This document shows positions 1-8,965 of a DNA stretch of 64,000 nucleotides, piece after piece. Source of the DNA: Chloroflexota bacterium (GTDB lineage Bacteria > Chloroflexota > Dormibacteria > CF-121); contig VBEW01000078.1 in assembly GCA_005889225.1 (NCBI GenBank), positions 703 through 64,702 on the forward strand. Reading direction: 5' to 3'. The translations under genes were made by a program, and so were the position numbers. Each line of letters starts with the position of its first letter. The stretch's first letter is position 1. The notes below the pieces were generated by a model. It was not told the origin of the DNA, ran no database searches, and saw nothing but the letters and a program-made list of their open reading frames with translations.

Positions 1-911
1 TCTTTGCCTACGGCCTGGGCAACGCCCTGACCTTTCCCTTTGCGGTTGGCGCGACCACGATCCTCTGGCCGGGCCCGCCGACGCCGCCCAATGTCTATGC
101 ACAGATCGAGCGATTCAAACCAACGCTGTTCTACTCGGTGCCGACCAATTACGGGCAGCTGTTGGCCCATAAGCGGGAGGCCCAGGACTTCGATCTTTCG
201 AGCATCCGGCACGCGGTGTCCGCGGGTGAGGCGCTCCCGAAGGCGCTTTACGAGCGCTTCAAGGACCGTTTCGGCCTGGAGATTCTCGACGGGATCGGCA
301 GCACCGAGATCCTCCATATTTTCATCTCGAATCGGGCCGGCCGGATCCGACCGGGGTCGAGCGGCGAGCTCGTACCGGGCTACGAGGCTCAGATCGTTGA
401 TGAGACGGGCGCGGATGTGCCGGACGGGACGGTGGGCAACCTGTTGATCAAGGGTGACAGCACCTGCGCCTACTACTGGAACAAACACGAACGGACGAAA
501 AACACCATCGAAGGCCACTGGATCCGAACCGGCGATAAGTTCTACCGCGATGCGGAGGGCTATTACTGGTATGCCGGCCGCGCGGACGACATGCTGAAGG
601 TGGGTGGAATCTGGGTCAGCCCGGTCGAAATCGAGAACACGTTGGTGGAACATCCGGTGGTGCAGGAAGCCGGTGTGATCGGGCGCCAGGACGCTGACGG
701 CCTGGAAAAACCGATGGCCTACGTGGTGCTGGCGGCTGGCCATGCAGCGTCGCCGGAGCTGGGCCGCGAGCTGCAGGATTTCGTCCGTTCGAAGATTGCC
801 GAATACAAGCGCCCGCGCTGGATCGAGTTTGTCGAGGCGCTGCCCAAGACCGCCACCGGCAAAACGCAGCGCTTCAAGCTCAGGGAGACGGCCGCCTCAC
901 AAACCGTCTAA
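1..911 (+). CDS. AMP-dependent CoA ligase (benzoate/4-hydroxybenzoate-CoA ligase family), C-terminal part; the 5' end lies outside the window
   Basis: The frame is open from nt 1 and reads FAYGLGNALTFPF...PTNYGQLL...ELVPGYEAQIVDETG...WIRTGDKFYRDAEGYYWYAGRADDMLKVGGIWVSPVEIE...PKTATGKTQRFKL, which are typical adenylate-forming ligase A8/A10 motifs. The stop is at 909-911. Confidence 0.8.
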   Translation, partial: FAYGLGNALTFPFAVGATTILWPGPPTPPNVYAQIERFKPTLFYSVPTNYGQLLAHKREAQDFDLSSIRHAVSAGEALPKALYERFKDRFGLEILDGIGSTEILHIFISNRAGRIRPGSSGELVPGYEAQIVDETGADVPDGTVGNLLIKGDSTCAYYWNKHERTKNTIEGHWIRTGDKFYRDAEGYYWYAGRADDMLKVGGIWVSPVEIENTLVEHPVVQEAGVIGRQDADGLEKPMAYVVLAAGHAASPELGRELQDFVRSKIAEYKRPRWIEFVEALPKTATGKTQRFKLRETAASQTV

Positions 912-2108
912 CGCCCTGTAGTACCAGCCCACCGCCGGCAGAAACCAGGGCTTCTCCCGGTAAAGCGGCATCGAGGGAAATGGGCGCTGCCAGCACGCGG
1001 GCAGCTCATCGCCGGCGATCCAATCCGCCGCAAGCTGGCCGAAATACGTCGACATCGCGACCCCGGTGCCGCAGTAGCCCAGCGCATAGGTCACCCCGTC
1101 CATGCGGCCGATGTGCGGCATCCGGTCAAGGGTGAAGCCGACCAGCCCGCCCCAGGCATGCTCGATCTTGACTCCTTTGAGTTGTGGATGGACTCGCGTC
1201 ATCGCGGCGTAGAGCCAGTCGCGAGCCATGGGTGTGGTGGTCGGCGCAAAGCTAGCTCGGCCACCGAACAGCATGCGGTTGTCAGCGCTGAAACGCCAGT
1301 AGTAGAGGAAATTCTTCGAGTCGATCAGCATGCGGCGATTCGGAATGGCACTGTGCGCCAGCTCCGAGGTCAGCGGCTCGGTGGCGATGATGTAGCTCCC
1401 GATCGGAATCACGCGCCGCCGGACTGAGGGCAGGATCCTGTCGGTGTAGCCATTCGTCGCCAGCAGGACATTCCCCGTGCTGATGCGGCCGCGGGGCGTA
1501 CTGACCGTAAAGCCGCCAGGACGCCGGCGCTCGATGCCGGTGGCCGGTGCGTGGTCATAGAGGTGCGCGCCGCGATCGCGGGCCAGCTGCGCAAGGCCGG
1601 CAAAATATTTGGCGGGGTGCAGGCCGCCGCTACGCTCGACCAGCAAGCCCCCGTAATAGAGGGATGTGCCGACTTCGGATGACAGCTCTGCCCGCGGAAT
1701 GACCCGAGTTGCTATTCCGAACTGTTCGCTGAGAATGTGTGCTTCATCTTCGAGATGTCGCGCAAGCGCCGGCTTATGCGCCAGGTGCAGCTGGCCGGTC
1801 TGCGCGTATTGGCACTCGATCTGGTTGACGCGGATCGTTTCCTCAACGAGCGCGATGGCATCCAGCGTCGCCTGGTAGAGCTGCCGGCCGTGGTCGCCGT
1901 ATCGCTTCAGGAGTGAGCCGGGACCAGTCTTGAATCCGGGAAGAACCATACCGCCGTTGCGGCTGCTCGCCCCCCAGCCCAGCTCATTTCTGTCGAGGAC
2001 CGTCACGGATCGGCCTCGCGAGGCGAGTCGCGCCGCCGCCATCGTGCCCGTATAGCCGCCACCGATGATCACCACGTCGGCCTCAGCCGGCAAAGCGGTC
2101 TCCGGCAA
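897..2108 (-). CDS. FAD-dependent oxidoreductase (DAO family)
   Basis: A 403-aa ORF with the N-terminal dinucleotide-binding motif VVIIGGGYTGTMAAARLA, DAO-like throughout. Its 3' end overlaps the convergent CoA-ligase gene by 15 bp. Confidence 0.8.
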   Translation of the reverse strand: MPETALPAEADVVIIGGGYTGTMAAARLASRGRSVTVLDRNELGWGASSRNGGMVLPGFKTGPGSLLKRYGDHGRQLYQATLDAIALVEETIRVNQIECQYAQTGQLHLAHKPALARHLEDEAHILSEQFGIATRVIPRAELSSEVGTSLYYGGLLVERSGGLHPAKYFAGLAQLARDRGAHLYDHAPATGIERRRPGGFTVSTPRGRISTGNVLLATNGYTDRILPSVRRRVIPIGSYIIATEPLTSELAHSAIPNRRMLIDSKNFLYYWRFSADNRMLFGGRASFAPTTTPMARDWLYAAMTRVHPQLKGVKIEHAWGGLVGFTLDRMPHIGRMDGVTYALGYCGTGVAMSTYFGQLAADWIAGDELPACWQRPFPSMPLYREKPWFLPAVGWYYRALDGL

Positions 2109-2192
2109 ACGGATCGGCCTGGCGTCGCGCCACCAGTAGGGCTCCTCGCGATAGGACTGAGCGAGTGGAACCAGTTGAAGTGGCCGGTGTGG

Positions 2193-2474
2193 CTAGGGCT
2201 CGACTTTCACGCCGTGCCAGAACGCGACGTAATCCTTGATCTCAGCCGCCGCCGGCTTGGGGGACGGATAGAACCAGGCTGCATCCCGATTGGTTGTTCC
2301 GTCCACCGCGACGGAGTAGTAGCTGGCCTCGCCCTTCCAGGAACAAATCGTATGGGTCTCGCTCGGTTCAAAGAGCTCGCGGTTGACTGCGTCGGGCGGA
2401 AAGTAGTGATTGCCTTCGACGACGATCGTCTTGTCGCTCTCTGCGAGCGTGGCGCCGTTCCAGATAGCTTTCAT
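2193..2474 (-). CDS. DUF427 domain protein
   Basis: A 93-aa ORF (MKAIWNGATLAESDKTIVVEGNHYFPP...SWKGEASYYSV) that matches the conserved DUF427 pattern. Confidence 0.7.
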   Translation of the reverse strand: MKAIWNGATLAESDKTIVVEGNHYFPPDAVNRELFEPSETHTICSWKGEASYYSVAVDGTTNRDAAWFYPSPKPAAAEIKDYVAFWHGVKVEP

Positions 2475-2500
2475 GCTCGACAGAACACCGTTGCGCCCGT

Positions 2501-3250
2501 TCAGGTAACGCCGCCGGCGGCGGCCATGACCTGCCGGTGGGCATCGAGCGTATAGATATTGTAGGCATGCCGGATCACCGGCTGGGCGACGTTGCGAACC
2601 GGAATGCCGGCCGGAGTTCGCCCCTTCTCCGTCCCATGGTGTGCATGGCCGTGCAGGATCAGGTCTGCGCCGGCATTGTCGACCGCCTCGGCCAGGAGAT
2701 AGCTGCCGAGGAAGGGATAGATCTCGAGTCGCTCGCCTTCGAGCGTGGTCTCGATCGGCGAATAGTGGAGTAAGGCGATGCGCAGGTCGGCCTCCAGGTC
2801 CGACATCACCCGCTCGAGCCGGTCCGACAGCATCTTCGTGTGGCCGACGAACGCCTTCATCTCCGGCTCGCCGAAGTCGCTGGCATGGGCTCCGCGAAAG
2901 CCACCCCCGAATCCCTTGGTGCCAGCGATGCCGATCCGGGCGCCGTCGAGGTCCAGCGTTACCGCTTCACCTTCCAGGACCTTCACGCCAACTTCCTCCA
3001 GCACGCGCCGGACTTCAGTCTCGCGGTTGGCGTGGTAGTCGTGGTTGCCAAGCACGGCAACCATCGGGATCGGGAGGCCGCGAAGGTCTTCGGCGAGCAC
3101 GCGAACCTCTTCCGTTCCGCCACAGCGCGTCAGGTCGCCGGCCAGCAGGAGAAGGTCGGCCCGATCGGGGAGATGTAGCAGGCTCGGTCGGAGTAGATCC
3201 TGCGAGCCGGCGCCATAGTGCAGGTCGCCGACGGCCGCGATCCGGATCAC
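2501..3250 (-). CDS. metallophosphoesterase (calcineurin-like)
   Basis: Carries the motifs GDLHYG...LLLAGDLT...VLGNHDY...LHGHAHHG. Confidence 0.8.
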   Translation of the reverse strand: MIRIAAVGDLHYGAGSQDLLRPSLLHLPDRADLLLLAGDLTRCGGTEEVRVLAEDLRGLPIPMVAVLGNHDYHANRETEVRRVLEEVGVKVLEGEAVTLDLDGARIGIAGTKGFGGGFRGAHASDFGEPEMKAFVGHTKMLSDRLERVMSDLEADLRIALLHYSPIETTLEGERLEIYPFLGSYLLAEAVDNAGADLILHGHAHHGTEKGRTPAGIPVRNVAQPVIRHAYNIYTLDAHRQVMAAAGGVT

Positions 3251-3540
3251 GCCACGGGCTCCTCGCCATCCGGCTCGGTCGCGGGGACAACCGTCGTCTC
3301 GTTCACGATCTCGTAGCCGGGGAGCAGCTCGCGAGCCACCTCGGTGATGGTTTCCCGCAACTGCGGTGTGGCGACATTGCCGCCCAGCATGACTCGATGC
3401 TCCTTGACATCCACCTTGAGGTCCTGTTCCGCAACCCTTGGGTCGTGGATGAGGGACTCGCGGATGTGTTCGGGAAGGTAGTCGGCGCGCAGCTCGCTCA
3501 CTGAGCGTAGACCTCGTCGTAGAGACGACGAATGACCCAA
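3247..3540 (-). CDS. BON-domain protein
   Basis: A 97-aa ORF with a BON-like pattern (DLKVDVKEHRVMLGGNVATPQLRE...GYEIVNETTV). The start overlaps the next gene by about 43 bp, so the true start may lie further downstream. Confidence 0.55.
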   Translation of the reverse strand: MGHSSSLRRGLRSVSELRADYLPEHIRESLIHDPRVAEQDLKVDVKEHRVMLGGNVATPQLRETITEVARELLPGYEIVNETTVVPATEPDGEEPVA

Positions 3541-4106
3541 TGGGGCACCAGGATATCGCTGGACTGAGCGTAGATCAGCAACGCCAGGACCCGGTGGGCG
3601 CCGACCCGAGCGCGACGGAGCAGGTACTCCCAGTCGAGTTCGGACCGCCCGATGATGGCGAGCGCATCGAACCAGTGGCGCGAGGTCTCCTCGCGATGGA
3701 CGATGCCCTTGATCACGATCTGATCTTCAGGACTGGGGATTCGCAGATGCAAGCCCTCGTAGCTGCGCTCGATCGAGTGGCTGAGCATCTCCGCGTCGAG
3801 ATAGATGCCGCCCATCACCATGAAGATGACATCGACCATGACGTCATCTTTGAAGGCCTTGTAGATCCACACCGGGTCCGTCTCCTCGGTGGTAAAGCCT
3901 GCGATTCGGAGCGCTTCCAGGACATCCCGGGCATCGTCGGGCCTGACCATGAGATCGATGTCGTGCGTCCAACGCGGGCGTCCGACCAGCGAGGAGGCGA
4001 GCCCGCCCAGGACCAGGAAGGGGTATCCGGCCTTCTCGACAGCCTCGACAGCCTCCCGGAGCACGTTGGCGAAGGCCGTGTCCGCGGCCGCTTCCCGCCG
4101 CCGCAC
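3498..4106 (-). CDS. nucleotidyltransferase-family protein (function unknown)
   Basis: A 202-aa ORF with a GG...S/HDIDL nucleotidyltransferase-like core (LVLGGLASSLVGRPRWTHDIDLMV). Confidence 0.55.
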   Translation of the reverse strand: MRRREAAADTAFANVLREAVEAVEKAGYPFLVLGGLASSLVGRPRWTHDIDLMVRPDDARDVLEALRIAGFTTEETDPVWIYKAFKDDVMVDVIFMVMGGIYLDAEMLSHSIERSYEGLHLRIPSPEDQIVIKGIVHREETSRHWFDALAIIGRSELDWEYLLRRARVGAHRVLALLIYAQSSDILVPHWVIRRLYDEVYAQ

Positions 4107-4150
4107 CCGCAGGATGTCACTCTTTGGGATATCTGAATTCTAATCGGCGC

Positions 4151-5281
4151 CTACGACTTCGGGATCGCCTTCTTCGGGTCGATGAAGGGCTTGGGCACCA
4201 CCCGTGCGGCCCGCTCGCCCCACGGAGTGGCGATGGTCAGCCTGGTTCCGAGCTCGGCAGCCGGCAGGGGAAGCATCGCGTAGCCGATGTTCTTTTTCAG
4301 GCGTGGCGAGTGAATGGCCGAGGTCACCTGCCCGACTGGCTGACCATCCTGCCGCACCGCCCATTTCGTCTCGTTGAACTCGATGGGAGGGCCTTCGATC
4401 TCGATGCCGGCAATCTTCCGGCGCACGCCCTCCGCCTTGATGCGGCGCAAGGCCGCCCTGCCGATGAAGTCCGCGGACTTTTCGAGATCGACCGTCCATC
4501 CCAGCCCGACTTCATAGGGGTTGTCGGCGAGCGTCATGTCGGCGCCGTAGTTGAGGATCCCCGCCTCGATCCGGCGGATGTCGGAGGGGCCAGTCGGCCG
4601 GATCTGATGGGCCTTGCCGGCGGCCATGATGCGCTCCCACAGCGCATCTCCCAGGCTGCCATCGCGCAGGTAGATCTCGTACCCGACTTCGCCCGTCCAG
4701 CCGGTTCGGGTCACGACGACGGAGATGGCGTCGAGCGATGCCTCGCTGAAGGCGTAGTACGGCATCGATGCGACCGGATCGCCGAACAGATCGGCGACCA
4801 GCGCTTTCGACTTGGGTCCCTGTAACTGAAGAGGCCACACGTCGGGTTCCACGATCTCGACGTTCAGGCCGGCGTTGATCGCGACGCCCCTGGCCCACAG
4901 CAGGACGTCACTGTCGGCGAGCGAAAGCCAGAACCGATTTTCCGCCAGCCGTAGCAGGACCGGGTCATTGATCACGCCGCCGTCGTCGGCGGTGATCAAG
5001 ACGTACTTGCCCTGACCGACAGCGCAGGTGGAGAGATCGCGTGGGGTCAGGCGCTGGGCCAGCGTAAAGGCATCCGGCCCGCTGAGTTCCACCTGTCGCT
5101 CGACCCCAACATCCCAGATGGCGACGTGCTCGATCAGATGCCAGTACTCCGAGATCGGGTCGTCGTAATAGCTCGGCAAGAAGGTGTGGTTGTAGACGGT
5201 GTAGGCCCGGCATCCGTAGCGTTGCGTCGCGTCGAAGTACGGCGAACGGCGCAGGCGAGCGCCGCGCTGGATCAGCCGCAT
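4151..5281 (-). CDS. aminomethyltransferase-family protein (GcvT/DmdA-like)
   Basis: The T-protein folate-binding fold extends to the C-terminus (WDVGVERQVELSGPDA...GYEIYL...KPFIDPKK). The start is set at the internal Met of MRLIQRGARL, because the Cys/Arg-rich extension upstream looks like an ORF artefact. Confidence 0.75.
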   Translation of the reverse strand: MRLIQRGARLRRSPYFDATQRYGCRAYTVYNHTFLPSYYDDPISEYWHLIEHVAIWDVGVERQVELSGPDAFTLAQRLTPRDLSTCAVGQGKYVLITADDGGVINDPVLLRLAENRFWLSLADSDVLLWARGVAINAGLNVEIVEPDVWPLQLQGPKSKALVADLFGDPVASMPYYAFSEASLDAISVVVTRTGWTGEVGYEIYLRDGSLGDALWERIMAAGKAHQIRPTGPSDIRRIEAGILNYGADMTLADNPYEVGLGWTVDLEKSADFIGRAALRRIKAEGVRRKIAGIEIEGPPIEFNETKWAVRQDGQPVGQVTSAIHSPRLKKNIGYAMLPLPAAELGTRLTIATPWGERAARVVPKPFIDPKKAIPKS

Positions 5282-5337
5282 ATCGAAAGGGACCACGCCG
5301 ATATTCTGCCTTGCCTTGGTAGAGGAGGGTTGGGTGG

Positions 5338-5532
5338 TCAGGTGCCCTGATCCCTGCTCGACCAGAGATAGGCTGCCGACTGGCCGGCAATGTACAGGAA
5401 CGCGATCAAGGCAAGCCCCGCACGGATAAACCAGACGACATGCGGCGTGGCAATCACGATGAGGATGGCGGAGGCCAGCCCGCCGCCTATCGGGATCGCC
5501 CAGCGCCACACCCGCCGATTGACGCGTCTCAT
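5338..5532 (-). CDS. small hydrophobic protein (hypothetical)
   Basis: A 64-aa ORF with two predicted transmembrane segments, immediately upstream of the GcvT-like gene on the same strand. Confidence 0.3.
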   Translation of the reverse strand: MRRVNRRVWRWAIPIGGGLASAILIVIATPHVVWFIRAGLALIAFLYIAGQSAAYLWSSRDQGT

Positions 5533-5637
5533 TCTCGTCTCATTCTGCTAACGAGGATGGGACCCGCGCTATTCCCGTTCTGTCTTGACTGCCGGCCTTG
5601 TCCACACCTAAACTGACAGCCTCGGATTGTTGAGTTT

Positions 5638-6114
5638 GTGGATCGTGCGAGTCAACTTATGAGAGACGCTATCAAGGACATACCCCTGTACGATCGGACG
5701 GCGCGGAAGGCGCACCAGTGGACGATGGTCGTGCTGGTCGCTGCTGGGCTCGTCATCCAGGGCGTCGCCGGTGGCCTGCTGATCGCGCTCGCCGGCCTCA
5801 TCATGCTGGTGGGCCGCTTCTGGTGGCCGGCCGACCTCGTCCGGCAGCTGGTCTGGCGGGCGCTCGAGCCGGCCGGCCTCCTCAAACGGGACGACGTTCA
5901 CGAGGACCACGAGACCCGGCGGGTGGCACGCGTGATGGGCGGCGCGATCTGGGTGATCGCAGCCGCGTTCATGCTCGCCGGCAACCCGGTGCTGGCGTGG
6001 GTGCTCAGCATCCCGATCGGGGTGATGGTCGCCCTCGACGCCAGCCTGGATTTTTGCGCCCTCTGCTTCCTGTTGGCGCAGCTGGACCAGCGCGGGCTCC
6101 TTCGGCGGGCTTAG
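5638..6114 (+). CDS. DUF4395 membrane protein
   Basis: A 158-aa protein with four hydrophobic segments. This family commonly pairs with thioredoxin-like genes, and one follows immediately here. Confidence 0.7.
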   Translation: MDRASQLMRDAIKDIPLYDRTARKAHQWTMVVLVAAGLVIQGVAGGLLIALAGLIMLVGRFWWPADLVRQLVWRALEPAGLLKRDDVHEDHETRRVARVMGGAIWVIAAAFMLAGNPVLAWVLSIPIGVMVALDASLDFCALCFLLAQLDQRGLLRRA

Positions 6115-6119
6115 CGTCG

Positions 6120-6554
6120 ATGGCCGGGCGCGCCCTGATCCTCGTCGCAGTGGTGGTCCTTGTCACGGTGACCGTGGTCGCCGTGCGGGCCTGGTCGAGG
6201 CGGCGCGTCGATGGCCTGGAGATCGGCGGCCGGGCACAGCTGTGGTCTGCGCTTGGGGAGGCGCCGGACGGAAGGCCATCCCTGGTCGTCTTCTCAACGC
6301 CAAGCTGCACGGCCTGCCGTACCGCGCAGTATCCCGCGGTTGAAGCGGTGGCCCGGCGGTTCGGCCAGGCGCTGCGCATCCTCATGGTTGACCTATCGAA
6401 GCGGCCGGCTGTCGGTCAGGCGTTCCGGGTGCTCACTGCGCCAACGACGGTGGTTCTGAGCGGCGACGGGCGGATCGCCAGCTTCAATCACGGGTTTGTG
6501 CCGGCCGAGCAGCTCGAGGCCCAGGTCGGCGCCGCGCGATCGTCGCCGCGGTAG
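6120..6554 (+). CDS. thioredoxin-family protein (membrane-anchored)
   Basis: The ATG at 6120 is in frame with the 5718 ORF. There is an N-terminal transmembrane segment and a CxxC motif (FSTPSCTACR). Confidence 0.7.
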   Translation: MAGRALILVAVVVLVTVTVVAVRAWSRRRVDGLEIGGRAQLWSALGEAPDGRPSLVVFSTPSCTACRTAQYPAVEAVARRFGQALRILMVDLSKRPAVGQAFRVLTAPTTVVLSGDGRIASFNHGFVPAEQLEAQVGAARSSPR

Positions 6555-6939
6555 CGGCTGCCGCGAGTTCAACCAGCTCGCGCGGGACCTGGGTGGGGCG
6601 GCCATCGCTGAGCCGGACCCAGACCCACTCGGTCAACACCTCAGCCAGGAGCTCGCCATCCGATATGCGCCGGATCGTGGTTCGCCGGACACCACGTGCA
6701 CCTCGTACCAGCTCCACCTTCACGGTCACCTCGATCTCATCGCCGTAGACCGCCGGCTGGTGGTAGGTGATTTCGGTGCGACGGATCACCCAGCCGCCCC
6801 CACGCTGCTCCGACCACTCCCGGCCGTAGCCGGCGGCCTCGGCATGGGCCGTGGCGATCTCCTCGGCCCAACTCAGGTAAACGGCGTTGTTGACGTGCCC
6901 TCGGCTGTCCAGCTCGTAGCCGCGCACCGGCCACCGCAT
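6484..6939 (-). CDS. acyl-CoA thioesterase (4HBT/YbgC-like hotdog)
   Basis: The start is set at MRWPVRGYELDSRGHVNNAVY. The 3' end overlaps the convergent thioredoxin gene by 71 bp. Confidence 0.7.
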   Translation of the reverse strand: MRWPVRGYELDSRGHVNNAVYLSWAEEIATAHAEAAGYGREWSEQRGGGWVIRRTEITYHQPAVYGDEIEVTVKVELVRGARGVRRTTIRRISDGELLAEVLTEWVWVRLSDGRPTQVPRELVELAAAATAATIARRRPGPRAARPAQTRD

Positions 6940-7037
6940 CGTGAACTCGAGCGGGTCGGCGCGTCGCGGATCGGGAGCCACACACATAGTTTCGCGCGGA
7001 GTAGCCTGAGCCTGAGTTCCGAAGGAGGTGCATCGAT

Positions 7038-7496
7038 TTGCAGGTCAAAGAGCTAGGGCATCTGGTGCTTTACGTGCGTAATCTCGAGCGCTCGCGCCAG
7101 TTCTATCGCGATGTGCTGGGTTGGAAGGAGATCACGGTCCCCGGTGAGGAGATCGGCTTTCCGGCCGCGGCCTTTTCGTCGGGACGCACGCACCACGAAC
7201 TCCTGCTGATCGCGGTCGGCGATGATGCCACCCCGATCCCGCGCGGTCGCCGGGTTGGCATGTATCACTTCGGACTCAAGATCGGGGAGACCGACGCCGA
7301 ACTCCGCGAGGCCCGCGACCAGCTGGTGGCGGCCGGCGCCCGTCTCGTCGGCACCGCCGATCACACCATTACCCATAGCCTCTACATCGAGGATCCCGAC
7401 GGCAACGAGATCGAGCTCTACATCGACGTCCAGCCGGCGATCTGGAAGGAGGATCCGTCCGCCATCTTCGCCCAACCCCGTCCGCTCCGACTCTAG
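7038..7496 (+). CDS. VOC-family protein (glyoxalase/extradiol dioxygenase-like)
   Basis: Reads LGHLVLYVRNLERSRQFYRDVLGW...HH...E and is 152 aa long. Confidence 0.75.
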   Translation: MQVKELGHLVLYVRNLERSRQFYRDVLGWKEITVPGEEIGFPAAAFSSGRTHHELLLIAVGDDATPIPRGRRVGMYHFGLKIGETDAELREARDQLVAAGARLVGTADHTITHSLYIEDPDGNEIELYIDVQPAIWKEDPSAIFAQPRPLRL

Positions 7497-7552
7497 CTCC
7501 AGCCTCGTATTTCCTGGGCGCAAGCAAGGGACGGCGCCCGCGTTCCACGAGT

Positions 7553-7819
7553 GTGAGCCCCTCCAGGCGCGCCGATCGGGTGGAATCCGTGTTGCGCGGG
7601 GTCGACGCGACGCTCGGTCGCGTGCTGGCCAAGGCTCGGACCCGCGGCGCCGGCGCCCTTCGCCAGCCGATCAAGGGGCTCCAGACGGGGCTCAAGAAGC
7701 TCAGTGCCGGACTGGAGAAGATGGAACACCAGACCACGACCGGCCCGGCCAAGCGGGCCGAGCGTCCGGCGGCCGCCCCCAAGGCCACCCGCAACCGCAA
7801 ACCGAAGAAAACCGCCTGA
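7553..7819 (+). CDS. hypothetical small basic protein
   Basis: An 88-aa ORF with a Lys/Arg-rich C-terminus and no recognisable domain. Confidence 0.3.
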   Translation: MSPSRRADRVESVLRGVDATLGRVLAKARTRGAGALRQPIKGLQTGLKKLSAGLEKMEHQTTTGPAKRAERPAAAPKATRNRKPKKTA

Positions 7820-7852
7820 CATCACGCCGGAGCCCGGCCTCCGGTCCGAGAC

Positions 7853-8065
7853 CTAGGCCAGTTTGTGTTCCACGGCGAATCGGGTCGCCGCGCTTCGAGA
7901 TTTCAGGCCGAGCTTCGCGTAAATCGATCGCAAGTGGGCGTCCACCGTCCGGGTACTGACGCCGAGGCGTTCCGCGATTTGTCGATTCATCAGCCCGGCG
8001 GCGACCAGTGAGAGGACCTCGACCTCACGGGCGGTTAGGCCTTCGATCCGGACGGCCCTAGGCAC
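7853..8065 (-). CDS. LuxR-family HTH protein (stand-alone HTH)
   Basis: A 70-aa protein: LTAREVEVLSLVAAGLMNRQIAERLGVSTRTVDAHLRSIYAKLG. Confidence 0.7.
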   Translation of the reverse strand: MPRAVRIEGLTAREVEVLSLVAAGLMNRQIAERLGVSTRTVDAHLRSIYAKLGLKSRSAATRFAVEHKLA

Positions 8066-8134
8066 TGAGAACCGTTCGCGGTCGTCTAGTTGCCGGGGAC
8101 AGCGTCCGGTCGGCTAGAGTATGGGACAAGTTAG

Positions 8135-8152
8135 GCATTCAGCGATGATCAT
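8135..8152. promoter_or_regulatory. perfect inverted repeat ATGATCA-ttgc-TGATCAT (candidate operator)
   Basis: Read directly from the sequence, 22 bp upstream of the HTH-MEDS regulator start in a locally AT-richer stretch. Confidence 0.35.
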
Positions 8153-8173
8153 TGCTGATCATACCAATCAGCA

Positions 8174-8923
8174 GTGAGCGCAATGAGCGATAAATTATTT
8201 ACGACCAGGGAGACGTCAACGTTTCTGCGCGTAAGCGAGGCATCTGTTCGTCGGTGGGCTGACGCTGGGATTCTCCCGGCCAGCCGGGTGGGTCGCCGCC
8301 GCGCCCGTCGTTTTCGAGAAGCCGACCTCCTGCAGTTCATGCAATCCGGTCGGAGCGGACCCACGCCCGGTCCGGGAGCTGCACGCGCCATCGTCATTCA
8401 GGGGATGGCGGTGGCCCTCGGCAGCCACCTGGTCAGCTTCTATTCGAGCGACGCGGGCCGGCTCCGCGTGGCGGTTCCGTTCCTGCGGGACGGGCTGATG
8501 GCGGGCCAGGCATGCTTGATGTTCGTCACGGCACATCTGCGCGAGCTTTACCTGAAGGCGCTCAGCGGCGAGCGAGTTGGTGTCGACGCCGCGATGAGCA
8601 CGGGCTTGCTCACGTTCATGTCGACCCGCCAGGAGTCAGTTGCGGGCTGGATCGCGGATTTCGAGCGTCACGTGGAAGCAGCTCTGCGAGATCATCCCGG
8701 ACCGGTCCGCTTTCTGGGGGAGACCGTGACTGCCGTCTCGAGCCTGCAGTCCGTCAAGGAGTTATTGACCCTCGAGGAAGAGCTGGCGCCGGTCGTCCGG
8801 CGGTTGCCCGTCGTGATGCTCTGTCCATACGACGTGCGCACCTTCGACGGGTTCACGATCGTCGAGGCGCTCAAGCTGCACTTCGATACCTATAGCTACC
8901 AGCTTGCCTATTTCTTGAGCTGA
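8174..8923 (+). CDS. HTH (MerR/excisionase-type) + MEDS-domain regulator
   Basis: The N-terminus (LFTTRETSTFLRVSEASVRRWADAGILPA) is an HTH_17-like helix-turn-helix. The remainder (HLVSFYSSDAGRLRVAVPFLRDGLMAGQACLMFV...) matches the MEDS sensory domain described for DcmR. Confidence 0.65.
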   Translation: MSAMSDKLFTTRETSTFLRVSEASVRRWADAGILPASRVGRRRARRFREADLLQFMQSGRSGPTPGPGAARAIVIQGMAVALGSHLVSFYSSDAGRLRVAVPFLRDGLMAGQACLMFVTAHLRELYLKALSGERVGVDAAMSTGLLTFMSTRQESVAGWIADFERHVEAALRDHPGPVRFLGETVTAVSSLQSVKELLTLEEELAPVVRRLPVVMLCPYDVRTFDGFTIVEALKLHFDTYSYQLAYFLS

Positions 8924-8965
8924 CCCGAGCGGCTAGACTGAAGTCGAGAGGGGAAATAGAGTCCG

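Noticed and set aside
40-447. A 135-aa ORF overlapping the 5' part of the CoA-ligase gene in another frame.
   Set aside because: It is an Arg/Ser-rich translation typical of an off-frame read of high-GC coding DNA. The ligase frame is clearly the real one.
2641-3504. A 287-aa ORF on the plus strand across the phosphoesterase and BON genes.
   Set aside because: It is antisense to two well-supported genes and has Arg/Gly/Pro-rich low-complexity composition, so it is a GC-driven artefact.
5718-6119. A long N-terminal extension of the thioredoxin ORF (start at 5718).
   Set aside because: It runs in the +2 frame across the DUF4395 gene and is Arg/Gly/Pro-rich. The true start is the ATG at 6120, immediately after the DUF4395 stop.
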